A DNA stretch of 63,986 nt, counting the filler, from Ionaspis alba (Eukaryota): assembly GCA_964255285.1 (NCBI GenBank). It is 4 parts of 4 records of this genome, joined end to end, with 100 filler letters (N's around TTAATTAATTAA, not from the genome) between each part and the next. Parts side by side here need not be neighbours in the genome. Positions count along the whole stretch, not along the records: positions 16,603 to 32,947 come from CAXUUL010000348.1; positions 33,048 to 49,318 come from CAXUUL010000349.1; 2 more parts are not named here. One strand, written 5' to 3'. Shown piece by piece: positions 24,742-36,400 of the stretch; within the stretch, counting starts at the first letter, position 1, and every line of letters begins with the position of its first letter. The notes beneath the pieces are model-generated. The model worked only from the letters and a program-made list of their open reading frames with translations, was not told where the DNA came from and searched no databases. Position numbers and translations under genes: made by a program.

Positions 24742-26381
24742 TCACTTCCCAGCCGTTGCTTCATATTCCGGAGGTCCGCATTCATTGTCTTGTCCATCCA
24801 GGCCATCTCCACCTTGTTGCTTAACCAATTCCTCACTCTTCTGCTCTATATTTTCCGCATGGCCATCTGCCACACCAATCTTCTCCTGGTCCATCAGATT
24901 CTTCACTCCAGACCCAGCAGCGTTACCCTCCTCGGCCACAGTCTCTTCTACCTTCCCTCTTTCTCCTCCTCCTTCAGCAGGCATCACGATCGAGACCGTC
25001 TTTCCCGTCTTCCTGTACCGAATATTCTTAATCGGCACACCCAACTCCTTGCTCCTCTGATTCTGATACGTCTGAATAATGTCGTTGAAGACATCCGTCG
25101 CAAAGTACCAAAACATGCCATCTTTGTACCCGACGAAAAAGTGCGCCGGGTTGTAAGGACTGAGAGCAACCGACTGCATCCGAGACTTTCAGCAATTCCT
25201 TGCCTCCTCATCAAACCTCCACAAATGTACTGAGCAAAGGAAGCCAGCCATCTTACCTCCACATTCCCATTCAATTTCTCCATCATCCCTTTATACAACC
25301 CTTTCGACTCCCCCTCGCACTTCCCATCCTCCCACACCAGCATCCAAGCCCCGTTCATGCCCAAGGAGACACTGTTGGGCGGGGTTTTTCTCCCCTGAAG
25401 CGCTTTTTCCATGTCTACCGGCAGACCATAGCAATCTGTTCCTCGGGGTGATCGAGCGTAATAGCTTCCACCTTCGCCGAACACCACTAGGGCGTTTTGC
25501 ACGTCGACTTCGGTCAGGATGTTGGCAGCGAGCCACGCGGCAAGACGGTCGTGAGAAATGGATGTTGCTTTCCCTGGAAGTGGGGTCAGCTTGCTGGTGT
25601 CTTATTCCACGAGAGGTCCGTCTGTGGCAACCAGCTTCCCAAGATTACCGACGAAAGGAATTCTTAGCACTCTACTCGTCCGAGTGAGTTTTATAAGACT
25701 ATTGAAAGTGGACTCACATGCTTTCCGTCCTCGAAACAGCGGCTTTTTCTCATGAGCCTGCGAAAACATCCACTGCATTGCCCCGTCCTTCTGGCTCAAT
25801 GCAATGAATTGTGCTCCATTGGGCGCCAATGCAACGTTGTAGGGCCTGTTAATGTGTAGGTTACGCCACGTGGCGGCTGTGGAGAAAGCTTTGCCTTCAG
25901 AGCTGTGAACGAGAGATCGGTGTTAGACTTGCTAAAGAGANNNNNNNNNNNNNNNNNNNNNNNNNNNNNNNNNNNNNNNNNNNNNNNNNNNNNNNNNNNN
26001 NNNNNNNNNNNNNNNNNNNNNNNNNNNNNNNNNNNNNNNNAAGCTTTGCCTTCAGAGCTGTGAACGAGAGATCGGTGTTAGACTTGCTAAAGAGAGCCTG
26101 TGGCGGAGAATATTTGAGACAATGATCGATTATGCGATTGTAGAATCACGAAAGGTTAGGGAGGGGAGGGGAAAGCATGGTGGAAGATCATCGAGGGAAC
26201 GATTGAAACAAAGTGGAAGGACGGACATGGAAGAATTGAAGGAATGAACGTTGTGGAGACTGTAGGAGAGACACTCATACTAGTTCCATGATCTGGGAAG
26301 GCAGAGAAAGATAGAGCCTTTAGGCCCAAAGACCATGCGGATAGGAGCGGGATTGGGTGTGGTGGAGACGGAGGAAGTCAT
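24742..26381 (-). CDS. Multi-exon hypothetical protein with about 5 repeated beta-hairpin motifs; spans an N gap
   Basis: Exons encode RMVFGPKGSIF, NVALAPNGAQFI, LVVFGEGGSYY, SVSLGMNGAWMLVWEDG and SVALSPYNPAHFFVGYKDG, with GT-AG boundaries at several junctions. The structure between 26040 and 26280 is uncertain. Confidence 0.65.
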
Positions 26382-26996
26382 GCTTGGAGGTTGTGGTCAC
26401 AATGTTCAATTACAGACAGTGGTAACGAGTTTATGGTCAGAAATGAGAGCCTTCAATTGTTGAACACGAAAGAGAGATAGAGCATGAGAAGTGGGAGATA
26501 TCATTGAGGTATATGTCGAGGCTGACAGAGAAGTGGGGGAGGGGCTCGACAAGGCAGATCAGGCTGATTGATGGTAGCCTCGTGGTTTGCATGACATCTT
26601 TCTGTGCACCTTGAACGCTGCTAAGGTTGATTTACATATGAATGAAGTTTAGAAGCCATTGAAAGCCGAAGGATGAGTAAATAGTTGTTGTCGTCTTAGT
26701 GGGAACTAGCCCTACGGGACTTCGTTTCTAACTATTCCACTTGTAAGTCTCACTAGTCATACTTTGACCGTCTCGTTCATAAATCTAGAGGTACAATCAC
26801 AATCGGGAGATGCACATAAGGGTAGTTTCGGAAGAATGAATGTGGTATTCATGCACCGCTATTTAGCCTAATTTCTCCATTGGGCCCCAGCTTCGTTCAA
26901 CGAAGCTATTATCAATTAAGTACTGTACCAACATAATTCTGGCCGTTACTCAAAAGCTTCGTTCATTTCATTACCACTCCCTGTTCTCCCTTTGGC

Positions 26997-28535
26997 TCAT
27001 CGTTTTCTATTCCTGCGCCTTTTGTCCAATCTCTCCCTTGACTCCCCGGTCTTCAGCAGGTCGTCCCAATATTCGTAGAACTGAGTGTTCCTTACGACAT
27101 CGTCCTCACCTTCACCTTCACTCACCGGGGGAGGTACCGCGTTGCTTCGCTTTCTCCCATGGGGCTCCCTGACAGCTCCTCGTCTCGTTGGTAGAGGGCT
27201 GATAGGACTAGGACTAGCCGGGTCCCTGACAGAGTCTGTCTGGAAGGAAAACCTGTCGAGTCTCGGCTCCTTGGGGCTAACAGGAGTGCCGCGAGACTTC
27301 TTTTCATCCTTGGACGATGGAGGGTTGGGGTTGTAGACTTCATGCTCAGGCACTGGCGGCGGGATGCGGCCTAAAGGGTTGACCTTGGATGGGACGTTTG
27401 GAAGAGGCTTGTTGCGCAATCGGATCTCTGGCCGCGGATGTTTTATAGCACGTGTGTATCTCTGAGCTTCCGTGAGGGGAAGGACGGAGTGGTTGCGGGG
27501 GTCGATGGCGTAGTCTGCGCAGGGCTTGCACAGCAAGATCCTGGAATCGACGCCATTGCACGTAGAACACACGCGGCAGACATTGAGGATGTTCGGGTGG
27601 TCGGGTAGCGAAAAACCCTCGCTAGTGGGCCCAAAACCCTTACTGGTGGGCAGCGGGAGGTTTGACTCCTTGTCATCGCTGGTACAGTCTAGACAGAGTT
27701 CAGTGTCTCGATCGTCTGCGAAGTGGAGGCGACAGTTTCGACAGAGACCCATTGGCTTCACGCCAGGACGAGGGCGTTCAGGAGGGGGCACGGGATACGG
27801 CGATCCCTTCAGATAAGGAGCTGGGGTTGGTGGGACCACGGATGGATAGACGGAAGGGGATGGAGGCGAGCGTTCTCTGCGTGAGCGTGCTCGTGGCTCT
27901 GTGCGATGATCCGAGAGGCGAAGAGGCGCGGGGATCGCGTCGTCGTGGAGCTCAGCATACATGCTCTGGATATGGGGCCGCGACCTGTCGATCCGCGGCT
28001 TGCCGCTCTGCACCTCTCCTGGAATTGGCGGTCCCTCATAAGGTAGAGGCTTCCGTGGGATCCTCTGTCTCTCGTCAGCTCTCGGCCTGTGTGGGCTTGG
28101 TTGTCTTTCGTCAGCTCTCGCTCTGTGTGGATGTGGCGCTCTCTCGGCAGCTCTCGACTTGTGTGGGTTCCACGGTTTTTCCTCAGCTCTTGGCTCGCGC
28201 GGGTTTGTCTGTCTCTTGTCAGTTTTCGGCTTGCGTGAGGAGGAAGACCTGTGATGCCTCCTACGACGATGCTTCTTTGGTACCGGCTTCCCAAGATCCT
28301 GCTTTGGTACCGGCTTCGAGATTGAAGCTTTCAAGGCATCTCCGTGAAGGGGCTTGTTCCTGTTCTTGATCCTGTCGACACCGGCCTTGATGTCTTCCCT
28401 GGCGACCTTCAGCCCATTCTCTAGGTCATCGGTGAATGAACGGAGAGAGTTCTTTGAAGCATTCGACCCCCTTCTTTTGACTCCGAAGAATTCGGCAAGG
28501 TCTGACATGGATCTGCTGAGCTTTCCTGGTGCCAT
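26997..28535 (-). CDS. Intronless Pro/Arg-rich hypothetical protein with tandem repeats and CxxC pairs
   Basis: 512-aa ORF with ATG and an upstream TATAAAA (about 28667-28673, minus strand). C-terminal RNTQFYEYWDDLL motif. Confidence 0.75.
   Translation of the reverse strand: MAPGKLSRSMSDLAEFFGVKRRGSNASKNSLRSFTDDLENGLKVAREDIKAGVDRIKNRNKPLHGDALKASISKPVPKQDLGKPVPKKHRRRRHHRSSSSRKPKTDKRQTNPREPRAEEKPWNPHKSRAAERAPHPHRARADERQPSPHRPRADERQRIPRKPLPYEGPPIPGEVQSGKPRIDRSRPHIQSMYAELHDDAIPAPLRLSDHRTEPRARSRRERSPPSPSVYPSVVPPTPAPYLKGSPYPVPPPERPRPGVKPMGLCRNCRLHFADDRDTELCLDCTSDDKESNLPLPTSKGFGPTSEGFSLPDHPNILNVCRVCSTCNGVDSRILLCKPCADYAIDPRNHSVLPLTEAQRYTRAIKHPRPEIRLRNKPLPNVPSKVNPLGRIPPPVPEHEVYNPNPPSSKDEKKSRGTPVSPKEPRLDRFSFQTDSVRDPASPSPISPLPTRRGAVREPHGRKRSNAVPPPVSEGEGEDDVVRNTQFYEYWDDLLKTGESRERLDKRRRNRKR
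28069..28200 (-). repeat. Degenerate 36-nt coding tandem repeat (about 3.5 copies)
   Basis: Encodes RAEEKPWNPHKS / RAAERAPHPHRA / RADERQPSPHRP / RADERQ; CAGCTCT recurs every 36 nt on the + strand. Confidence 0.75.
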
Positions 28536-29100
28536 GATGTTGGTGTTCCGGAGAGTTTAAGGATGTCTGAAGTGTGATGTGAAGATTCTGGATCGTGAAA
28601 TGAAGATGTTTCTGGAAGATGGAGAGAAAATAACAGGGTAAACACTCAATGGGAGCTCGAAAGTTATTTATAAAGTCAAGGGATCTGTAAACAAAGCCTG
28701 CGAACAATGCGGCAACAAAGCATTTATTCACATTAAGAACAAGAAATGGAACCACATTGGCAATGTTCCATTGTAATAAAAGACAATAGAGAAGTAGAAC
28801 GATCGTTAGTAAAGCCATTGTGCACTTCGATATTATCATTCCACAATTGGTAGGCGACCATGATCACACGTGACTACGTCTGACGGGACAGTGCCGGACG
28901 AAGTATCAAGTATTGAAATTACTAAACATCTCAAGTAATGTATATGAATTTCCTCCCAAACAGTGCCTTGAAGCGAGAATAGAGATGAACTTCCAAGAGA
29001 TGTACTTCTGAGACATAATTAGCAAAAAAACCCCGCCAGGGCTCACTTAAGGACTGACCCAGGAAGCTAGAGAGAACCGCGATTAAGTATTAGGTATGAC

Positions 29101-30042
29101 CTAGATGGCAAAGAACAAAGCTCCGATGAATGCAGCAAGACCGACAAGTATCGAGATCGAAGAGCGTGGAGCAGCGCCAGGGAAGGGTGTTATGGACGGG
29201 CTGCTGGTTGCATTGTGACTTGATGTCTCGCACTCGGGGCCGGGACAAGCTCCAGAACCTGAGCCAGCCTCAGGTCGACTGTTACCTGGCGCTGCAGGAG
29301 TCTCTGGAGTGGAACCGGAGGCAGGTGCTGAACCAGTTCCTGGGGCAGATTCAGGAGCAGCGGGTGCAGCAGGCATTCCGCCTGTAGGAGCAGGACCAGG
29401 TGCTGGAGCTGCGCCGGTTGGCGCAGGATGTGGAGCAGCCGGAGTGCCGGCGGGAGCAGCAGGGTTTTCTCCTGGAGCAGCGGGGTTCTCTCCTGGAGCA
29501 GCCGGGGATCCATGAGGAGCGGCTGGAGACTCGGCAGGTGGAGCGCTTCCTTGACCTGAGGTTTCTCCGCCACTTGCTGGAGAAACAGGAGCATGCGTCG
29601 GAGTAGGTTGTGCCATGGGTGTCGTAATGACGGCAGTAGTCGCCTCTTCGCAGGTATGACACTTCTCCGTGATTGTGGTGACTGTGAAGCCTTCTGGGAC
29701 GTGGGTTGGCGCGAGGGTCTTGCCTGTTTCGGGGCAAGGTTCGGTGACGGTGTAAGTGACTGGTGCAAGACCGGTCGAACACCATGAAGAGAAGACTGTG
29801 GTGTAAGTGGTCAAGACGCCAGAGTGTGTGGGTTTGGCGGCCGGCATGTCCGTACACAGAGGACAATATGTGGAGATGATCACGCCCGTCGTGGTTGAGG
29901 TATATCCGCTCTCGGTGGTGCAATCATCGTAGTACTCGTACATTGTGACTACCTCCTCTTCCTCCGAGGCCATCTCGAGAGCTCGAGCGGAGACATGGGC
30001 AACAGCAAAGGCCGCAAGGGCCGTAGCACCGAAGATTTTCAT
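29101..30042 (-). CDS. Secreted, probably GPI-anchored Thr/Pro/Ala-rich cell-wall protein
   Basis: Signal peptide MKIFGATALAAFAVAHVSA; Cys/Thr domain (STYCPLC, TTYTTVFSSWC, VTYTVTEPC); PAAPGEN repeats; hydrophobic tail FPGAAPRSSISILVGLAAFIGALFFAI*. Confidence 0.88.
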   Translation of the reverse strand: MKIFGATALAAFAVAHVSARALEMASEEEEVVTMYEYYDDCTTESGYTSTTTGVIISTYCPLCTDMPAAKPTHSGVLTTYTTVFSSWCSTGLAPVTYTVTEPCPETGKTLAPTHVPEGFTVTTITEKCHTCEEATTAVITTPMAQPTPTHAPVSPASGGETSGQGSAPPAESPAAPHGSPAAPGENPAAPGENPAAPAGTPAAPHPAPTGAAPAPGPAPTGGMPAAPAAPESAPGTGSAPASGSTPETPAAPGNSRPEAGSGSGACPGPECETSSHNATSSPSITPFPGAAPRSSISILVGLAAFIGALFFAI

Positions 30043-31572
30043 TTCAATAATCGGACAGAGATATTAGGTGTCGATAGATAGACTCTGATATGTTTGGTAA
30101 TAGATTAGAATGATGCGTAATCAGTATGCCGAGGCCTTCGAAACGAATGAATGAAAGGAAAGGAAATTGACTTTCTCCTCCAGCAAAAACTCAACCGAGA
30201 CGGGATAATGAATGTAACGGAGCAAAGCTGAAGAAAGGAAGCAAATCAAAACGGAAAGTGACTTATAACAGGAGGCTGGGAAAGGATGTTGTGATCATCA
30301 AGATTAGGCATTCCAGTTGAAGAATGTCGGTTAACACTCAGACTAGAACGCAAACGGTAAACATAAACAACATCCCCATAAGAAGAATGGAGATTGACTT
30401 GGTCTTAGCTTTTCGTAGCATGTTACCAAGGCCGGAGTGGCTGGGAGCCTCTCTGGCGGACGGCGGAGCGTCGCCCACGGAGACCGGCCAACATGGCATT
30501 CCTAGAATGCAGGTCGTACAAGCCGAAGCTCTGGACTTTCGAAAGCAGCAAGCTTAGACGATACAGTTTAACTCGTCGCGTTCAGCTTCCAGTCGGCATA
30601 CTAAGATATCGGCTGCATTCAGAAATTGATACAGCTACACATTGATGGAAACATCATGCACAAAGGAAGACAGTACGGCGACGACCAGTTCCAAGCTCAT
30701 GGGCAATTGACAGCATAGACTCAGCTAAAAAATAGCAGAAGGAACTCTCAGAATATGTATCCCATCTATCGACATTTCCCTCTCATCGCTCTCATCAAAG
30801 AGAACCCGGCATTACGAGAGACAAACTTCCTATCCAGGATTTGCTATCAATCTCCAGAACCACTGCATCCTAAAAGGGACACATGGCAACACATTGCTGT
30901 CGGTAAAGAGCTGAACAATGGTCGTGGCTGGTTCTGTTTGCTTTTTGATGAAGAAGGAAGAGAAGAAATTGCAAGCGGCGACTGGAATTTGAAGTCCATG
31001 TTGACGCTAGCCGGATGCGAGGATCGCGTGTATGGCGGCTTGGCGTGTACCTCAAGGCGATCCCTCCCCTCTCTAGTAGAATTGATGCCTCCGACCTTCA
31101 GAGAAGGCGTCCGGTAGGCTGATGCTTCCAGCGTGCGAGTGTTCTGCATCACCTCTAAGGTACCTCTAGAACTATCCTCAGGGTAGAATTACGTGTTCGC
31201 CGAACCTCAGTGCTCGGAAGGACTCTAAGACATCGTTCATATTGTCTTTTTGCAGATAACATATTTTTCCTACTTACGCAGGATGGTGAATGGCTACTGT
31301 TACCCATCTCTGATGCTTGCATTACTCTCCGCCTTGTTAGAGGGGAGCGAAGCCTCTTAATTCCATTCGATTTTCTAGTTTTGTTAAGACTAACGAAGAC
31401 GCACTTTGACTTCTCACCTTTGTCCGTCTCTTTGACTCTCTCTGACCTTCATGTTTCATGTTGCCTTAACCTTAACGATCCGAGTATCATTTACTAAGCT
31501 CACTCTACCGCAAACAGAAAATGGCAAGTAGAGGTCACTCGGACTCTTCCAAAGTAGTGTGTCTATTCAGTA

Positions 31573-32600
31573 ATGGCATTCCATACAGACCCTTTACCAA
31601 AGAACAGGAAGGGACAAAGACCGATTCCGGAAGATCAGAGCTCACTCTGCGAAGCATCTCACGCTTCTACTCCGGTAGACGAATCATCGACCAAGTCGGG
31701 TCCGGCCCGTCGCGACGACCAATTTTCGTTCCTCGATCTACCGCCTGAGATACGGGTGATAATTTACGAACACTACTTGATCGTCGAAGATTCACCCTTA
31801 CGTACATGCTACGAACAAGCTTAGACGGGCTCATCATTACCACGATCTAGGAGTACCACCAGCTTCTACATACAGGATTGGTGAGTCGACTGCAGACCCA
31901 CAGAATCATACGGAAAGAATGCGAGCCTATCCTACACTCGAAGAACAGCTTTGTTCTCCCTGCTGGTCACCTCGCTCTATTGTAGCTTGAGAAGGTCTCC
32001 ATAACGAGAACAGGCGGTCCTGGATCAAATCGCTGGACGTGTGGTGGTCAGGTAAAGATTTGAGTTGCGACGATCAAGTCCTTCTTCTGGACCGACTTGT
32101 TGCGGCTGGACGTAACGACCATGGATCCAATGGGACTGCCGGATCTCTTGAAGGAGCGCTTGCCAAAAACTGTCTATCGTAGCTGGAATCCGAGGATCAA
32201 TACAACCGGTCATTATACAAAGCTTTCTACCTGGAATGGAGCATCCCGCTCCACGCCAGCTGTAAGGAGTATATGCGAGACGTGATCTGGTGGCCTATCA
32301 TATCTTTCGTCCAGGCTCATCTCAAGCTCGACCACTGTGCTTTGATATCGAAAGTGCTTGCTGTGAGCACTCTTGCTGCCACATCTGGGGGAATATTTTG
32401 GCGACTCTCAGCGACGGTTTTGCGTTCGGTGTGCCTGAAATCACCTTTCGAGATGATCAGATCCACAACTTTGCGGAAATGCGAGATTTTTGGGCAGAGA
32501 CGATTCAGAGGTGGAGCGGAAAGCGTACCCGGAAGAAGATATCCTTGCGAGAGGGTGTTGAAAGCCATATAATTTTGGACGAAATGGAAGGGAGATCGAG
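31573..32600 (+). pseudogene. Disrupted F-box-like (FLDLPPEIR-type) gene; 3' limit approximate
   Basis: FSFLDLPPEIRVIIYEHYL, LQTHRIIRKECEPILHSKNSF, RSWIKSLDVWW and LKLDH/LCFDIESACCEHSCCH lie in successive different frames, with TAG stops at 31822, 31983 and 32180. Confidence 0.7.
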
Positions 32601-32947
32601 GATGCAAGGGATTCAGATAATCCATATGCTTCTTACCTTACTACCTTTGAAGCCCGGTGGATATAAACTTGACTCTGGTACACACTGTATCCATAGGACT
32701 GGTCTTAATCTCAGATCACTATGAAGTAGACACAAGTCACTTCGTCCCTCTATCTCCTTATTTCTTGAGAGAATACCCACGGGAACAATACCAATATTTC
32801 CTATGACCTTGAATGCGTTATAATCGCGTCGAGAGAACTGTCTTGTGCAGAATGAAACGACTGGTATTGTACCTGCCGCCTAATACTAAGGGCAATAAAT
32901 CTGATCTCAAATCTTCTACGCCTCGACCCGTTCGTCCTACCCACCGG

Positions 32948-33047
32948 NNNNNNNNNNNNNNNNNNNNNNNNNNNNNNNNNNNNNNNNNNNNTTAATTAAT
33001 TAANNNNNNNNNNNNNNNNNNNNNNNNNNNNNNNNNNNNNNNNNNNN
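32948..33047. other. Artificial scaffold-concatenation linker
   Basis: N44-TTAATTAATTAA-N44. Confidence 0.97.
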
Positions 33048-33287
33048 GAGAGAGGGGGAGGATGAAGGGGAGAGGGATGGGGGCATGGGGAATGGGGAGT
33101 GGGTGTGTGGTTTGGAAGGGAGGATGACCGGATAGCGGGTCTTGGCAGAGCCCATGGGGCTGAAAAGGTGGTCAGGATTGTCGGGAGAGCAGAGACGAGG
33201 AAGGACGAGGATTGAGAGGATTGAGAAGTGTGGAGGGTTGAGAAGGGAGTGGGAGGGCCACAACGCTAACTGCTTGGGAAAACATGC

Positions 33288-33420
33288 CTGTGCAAGGACT
33301 CGAGGGGATTGGATGAAAGCTGGGTGTAGCTGGACTTTCGGCATGATCTAGGGTAGGAGAAGCTGCAGGACGAACGCAGTTGGCGTTACGGAGGGGCTTT
33401 TTGTGCGGTTGGACGCCCAT
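33288..33420 (-). CDS. Probable first coding exon of a gene truncated by the scaffold end
   Basis: MGVQPHKKPLRNANCVRPAASPTLDHAESPATPSFHPIPSSPCT, followed by a CAG|GCATGT donor-like site and C/T-rich intron-like sequence. Product not identified. Confidence 0.4.
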
Positions 33421-36400
33421 TGGTCGATCGTAGCCCTGATTCACCTTCCGGAGAATGAGCAGGGACGGTCGAGCATGTGGATTGGGTGGATGGCTGATGA
33501 AGTCGAGATAATAATAACTCGAGCCATCAAAGAATAGCACAGGAGCGTAGTATACAGCAAACCGTCGTAGTGCCGACCAGCAGTGTTCTGTTGTCTTTTG
33601 TCCGAGGCGGAAGAAGAGGAATGCAGAAGCAAAGAAGCAGAGAGAGACAGTCAGGACCTAAGCTTGATGCTGTTTGTATCCATCCTTAGAAGAGTTCCGG
33701 GGACGGAGTCTACCATCTCTCGTCGTGCGTGCAGTAGTCGTTAGTCAAGTCATCTTTGTATCACCGCTCTTAGGTAAGCGCTGCAATTGCGCACAATGCT
33801 TGGTTGAAGGTTGAGGTCGGGCGCGTCTCCTGTGGACAAAGTCCCCGCTCCCCCAATTTTGGGCCGGCCGGCACCACCGATCGATGCACTTGCAGGGATT
33901 TACTTTCGACCGCTCCGCTCAGGTCCAAAGGGCTTTTCGGTCCGCCAAATCTTCCCTCCAGTCCCCAAATCCACTACCGATCTCACCTAATTCCTACCAA
34001 CAATAACAATAACGAGAAAGATGTATTCCATACAATAGATACGTCGCAGGGCTTGAAGTTGGAGTTCGCGCGCGTTGCTGCGTGGGTCACTTTGCGCCTC
34101 ACTGTTCTTGTCCAAGTGTACCGAAGTTACCTTGTGGGTGCAGGGCGAACAAACTCCTCGAATCGAAAAAAAGAGGCCGGCAAAACGCGATCACCACCAT
34201 CATGGCGCTGATTCGCCCGACGCCGAAGATAAACAGTCGAGTTGCAACGGAGAAGGGTCTGTTGTTGATGCACTCTACTCCTGGAACGGCATGAGAATCC
34301 TCTTCTCCCAGGTACACGCTGTTTCACACTGACCTGCTGGGCCACACCTTTTCCCTTCCTCGTGGCTGACAGGGATGCTCATGAGCCGGCTAGTGGTCGA
34401 GTTTTGCAGCGATCTCCTTTTCATCCCACACAGTGCTCAAAAGCTACTACCACTACTCGGTACTACTGCATGCTGCAGATCATCTCTCCCGTCCGAGCGT
34501 TTCGAGTCTTTTCGAAACTCTAGCGAGTGCGTTGGCCCTGCCCACCGGTCGGCACTTCGTCACAGTCAGAGAGTCTGCCCTGACCGTTGTGCCTCCCGTT
34601 TCTGACCCTTCGAAACAACCGCAACCTTCGATTGCCTGCCCCTGAAATGCTTTCAACCTCGACACGGTCACCCGTCTGCTGCAAGGCACACGCCACGAGC
34701 GCACATTAGCATCTGGTCTGCCACGTTGCTGACCGCATCTGTCACCCGTTCATTGGCCATTTACTCCCGTGGAGAGCCTCGATCGAAAGTCGTCCCAAAA
34801 GTCAAGCAGTGATGAGAGGCGTAGTGTTGTAGCGCTTGGATAATTCTTTGGTTGTAGCGGTCGAGCTTCTTTGTGCCTATTTTATTTATAACCATCGTGC
34901 TTCGTATCCAAATATTGCTTCATCACATGCGTCAAATGGCGTTCTTCCGTAAGCATGCTATTTCTAAGAAACGGGATTACGTCGGTAGGAGCCGAAGCTA
35001 GGAAACGTGCTATTCCTCAATGCACCTGCCGTCGCGATCAAGGTTATGATGTAGGTGTAGTGTTTGATCCCGTCGAATCAAGCGGGAGGGCTTTCCGCAA
35101 GGTCGGCGAACGTTGATTGCAGCCACTGCATCGACAGCCTATGCTGGAGCCAATCAGCCTCGGGCTTATGCGACGGAATCCGTCAATTGCGGGGGGTGAC
35201 CACTGCATGTCGTTGAATACTACCATTGCGTTCCATGTCTAGTTTGCAGGGTAGCCATGTGCTTCTATTTGCCTCCGTCACTTGCAGCACCTGCCTGCGT
35301 GGGTCTAGGTCTTGTTGTGTGGATTACCAGAACATGTTTCTGTCACTACCGACCTTACTGCTCTGATCTGAGACCACTGACATGCACTCTCTGATCAACA
35401 GGCACGAGCAAAAGCACCTGCGAGGTTGAGCTAGGGTCATCTGTAGACTCGCTTAATACGACCTGCTGATTGGCTGATCTAAGCGTGCTCGTTAAGCTCA
35501 GGATTGCGATTGCTGGAATTCGTCTGTGAGACATGCATGAGATTTAGAAAAAGGAAAGTAACGGTCTGATATGCAAAGATACGCATAGGAATCTGGAGTA
35601 GTGCAAGCAGAAATGAAAGGACCAAAGTTCCGGGGTATGGTGGGGCAAGGCATAATGGACTGTGAGTGCGAATTTAGCAACAACGAGAAGGAACACCCTC
35701 GTATCGCAATCAGATGGATACCACGACGAAAGAGCATCGCTTGCAACTTTGCGACCGACTTGATTCTAAAAAAGAATGGAACACAGAGAAAGGCAGAAGG
35801 GTACGTCTTGAAATAGCAGCGAAAACGCAGGGCTGTGGCACTGCTCGATCTAATTGGTTACCCGACTACCAGCGAACAGCTACAGCTCTAAGAGGGCAAA
35901 TAGCGACGCCAAAATTCGGCATGGGGAAAGCTAGGTCCCAAGACCCGCGGTACGAAGCAGCAAGACGAATAATCTAATCTGAGATGGCATCCGCAAGAAT
36001 AGAAATCATCATCACTTATGGCGCAACACAGCTTTGAAGCTTCCAATAATAAGCATCAAAGGGTACTAACCTGGCACGAGGGAAGAACCGTTCAGCTACG
36101 GCTACGGTTGCCATCCGAAGCATGAAATCCATCCGGTCGTGGGCGGCGGACCACCCCCTAAAGAAACCCCCCTAGTCGCTAGGTCATCTGGCCCCCGGCG
36201 GGGTCCCTCGGGACGCCTCAGAGACACTAAGGACACTGGCCAGGACTCGTAGCTTCAGCTGGAGCCTCGATCAGACCTAGGCCGTTATGATGCAGAACCT
36301 TTTTACAAGCCTTTCTCTCCCCCCCCACTTGACTACCTTAACACGCGTGTCCCATCTGCACCCATCTCCATCTCTGGAGCTTGGCTGCCTAGTCCGAGGT

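Noticed and set aside
25886..26095. Perfect 55-nt direct repeat flanking a 100-N gap (target-site-duplication or LTR-like)
   Set aside because: It abuts the gap exactly on both sides, the signature of an unmerged contig overlap.
30755..31117. 120-aa ATG-initiated ORF between the GPI gene and the pseudogene
   Set aside because: No recognisable motif or splice context; cannot be distinguished from a chance ORF.
33835..33940. AAAGTCCCCG resembling the RNase MRP P4 5' strand
   Set aside because: No convincing downstream complementary GGGGC(T)NA strand or GARAR loop.
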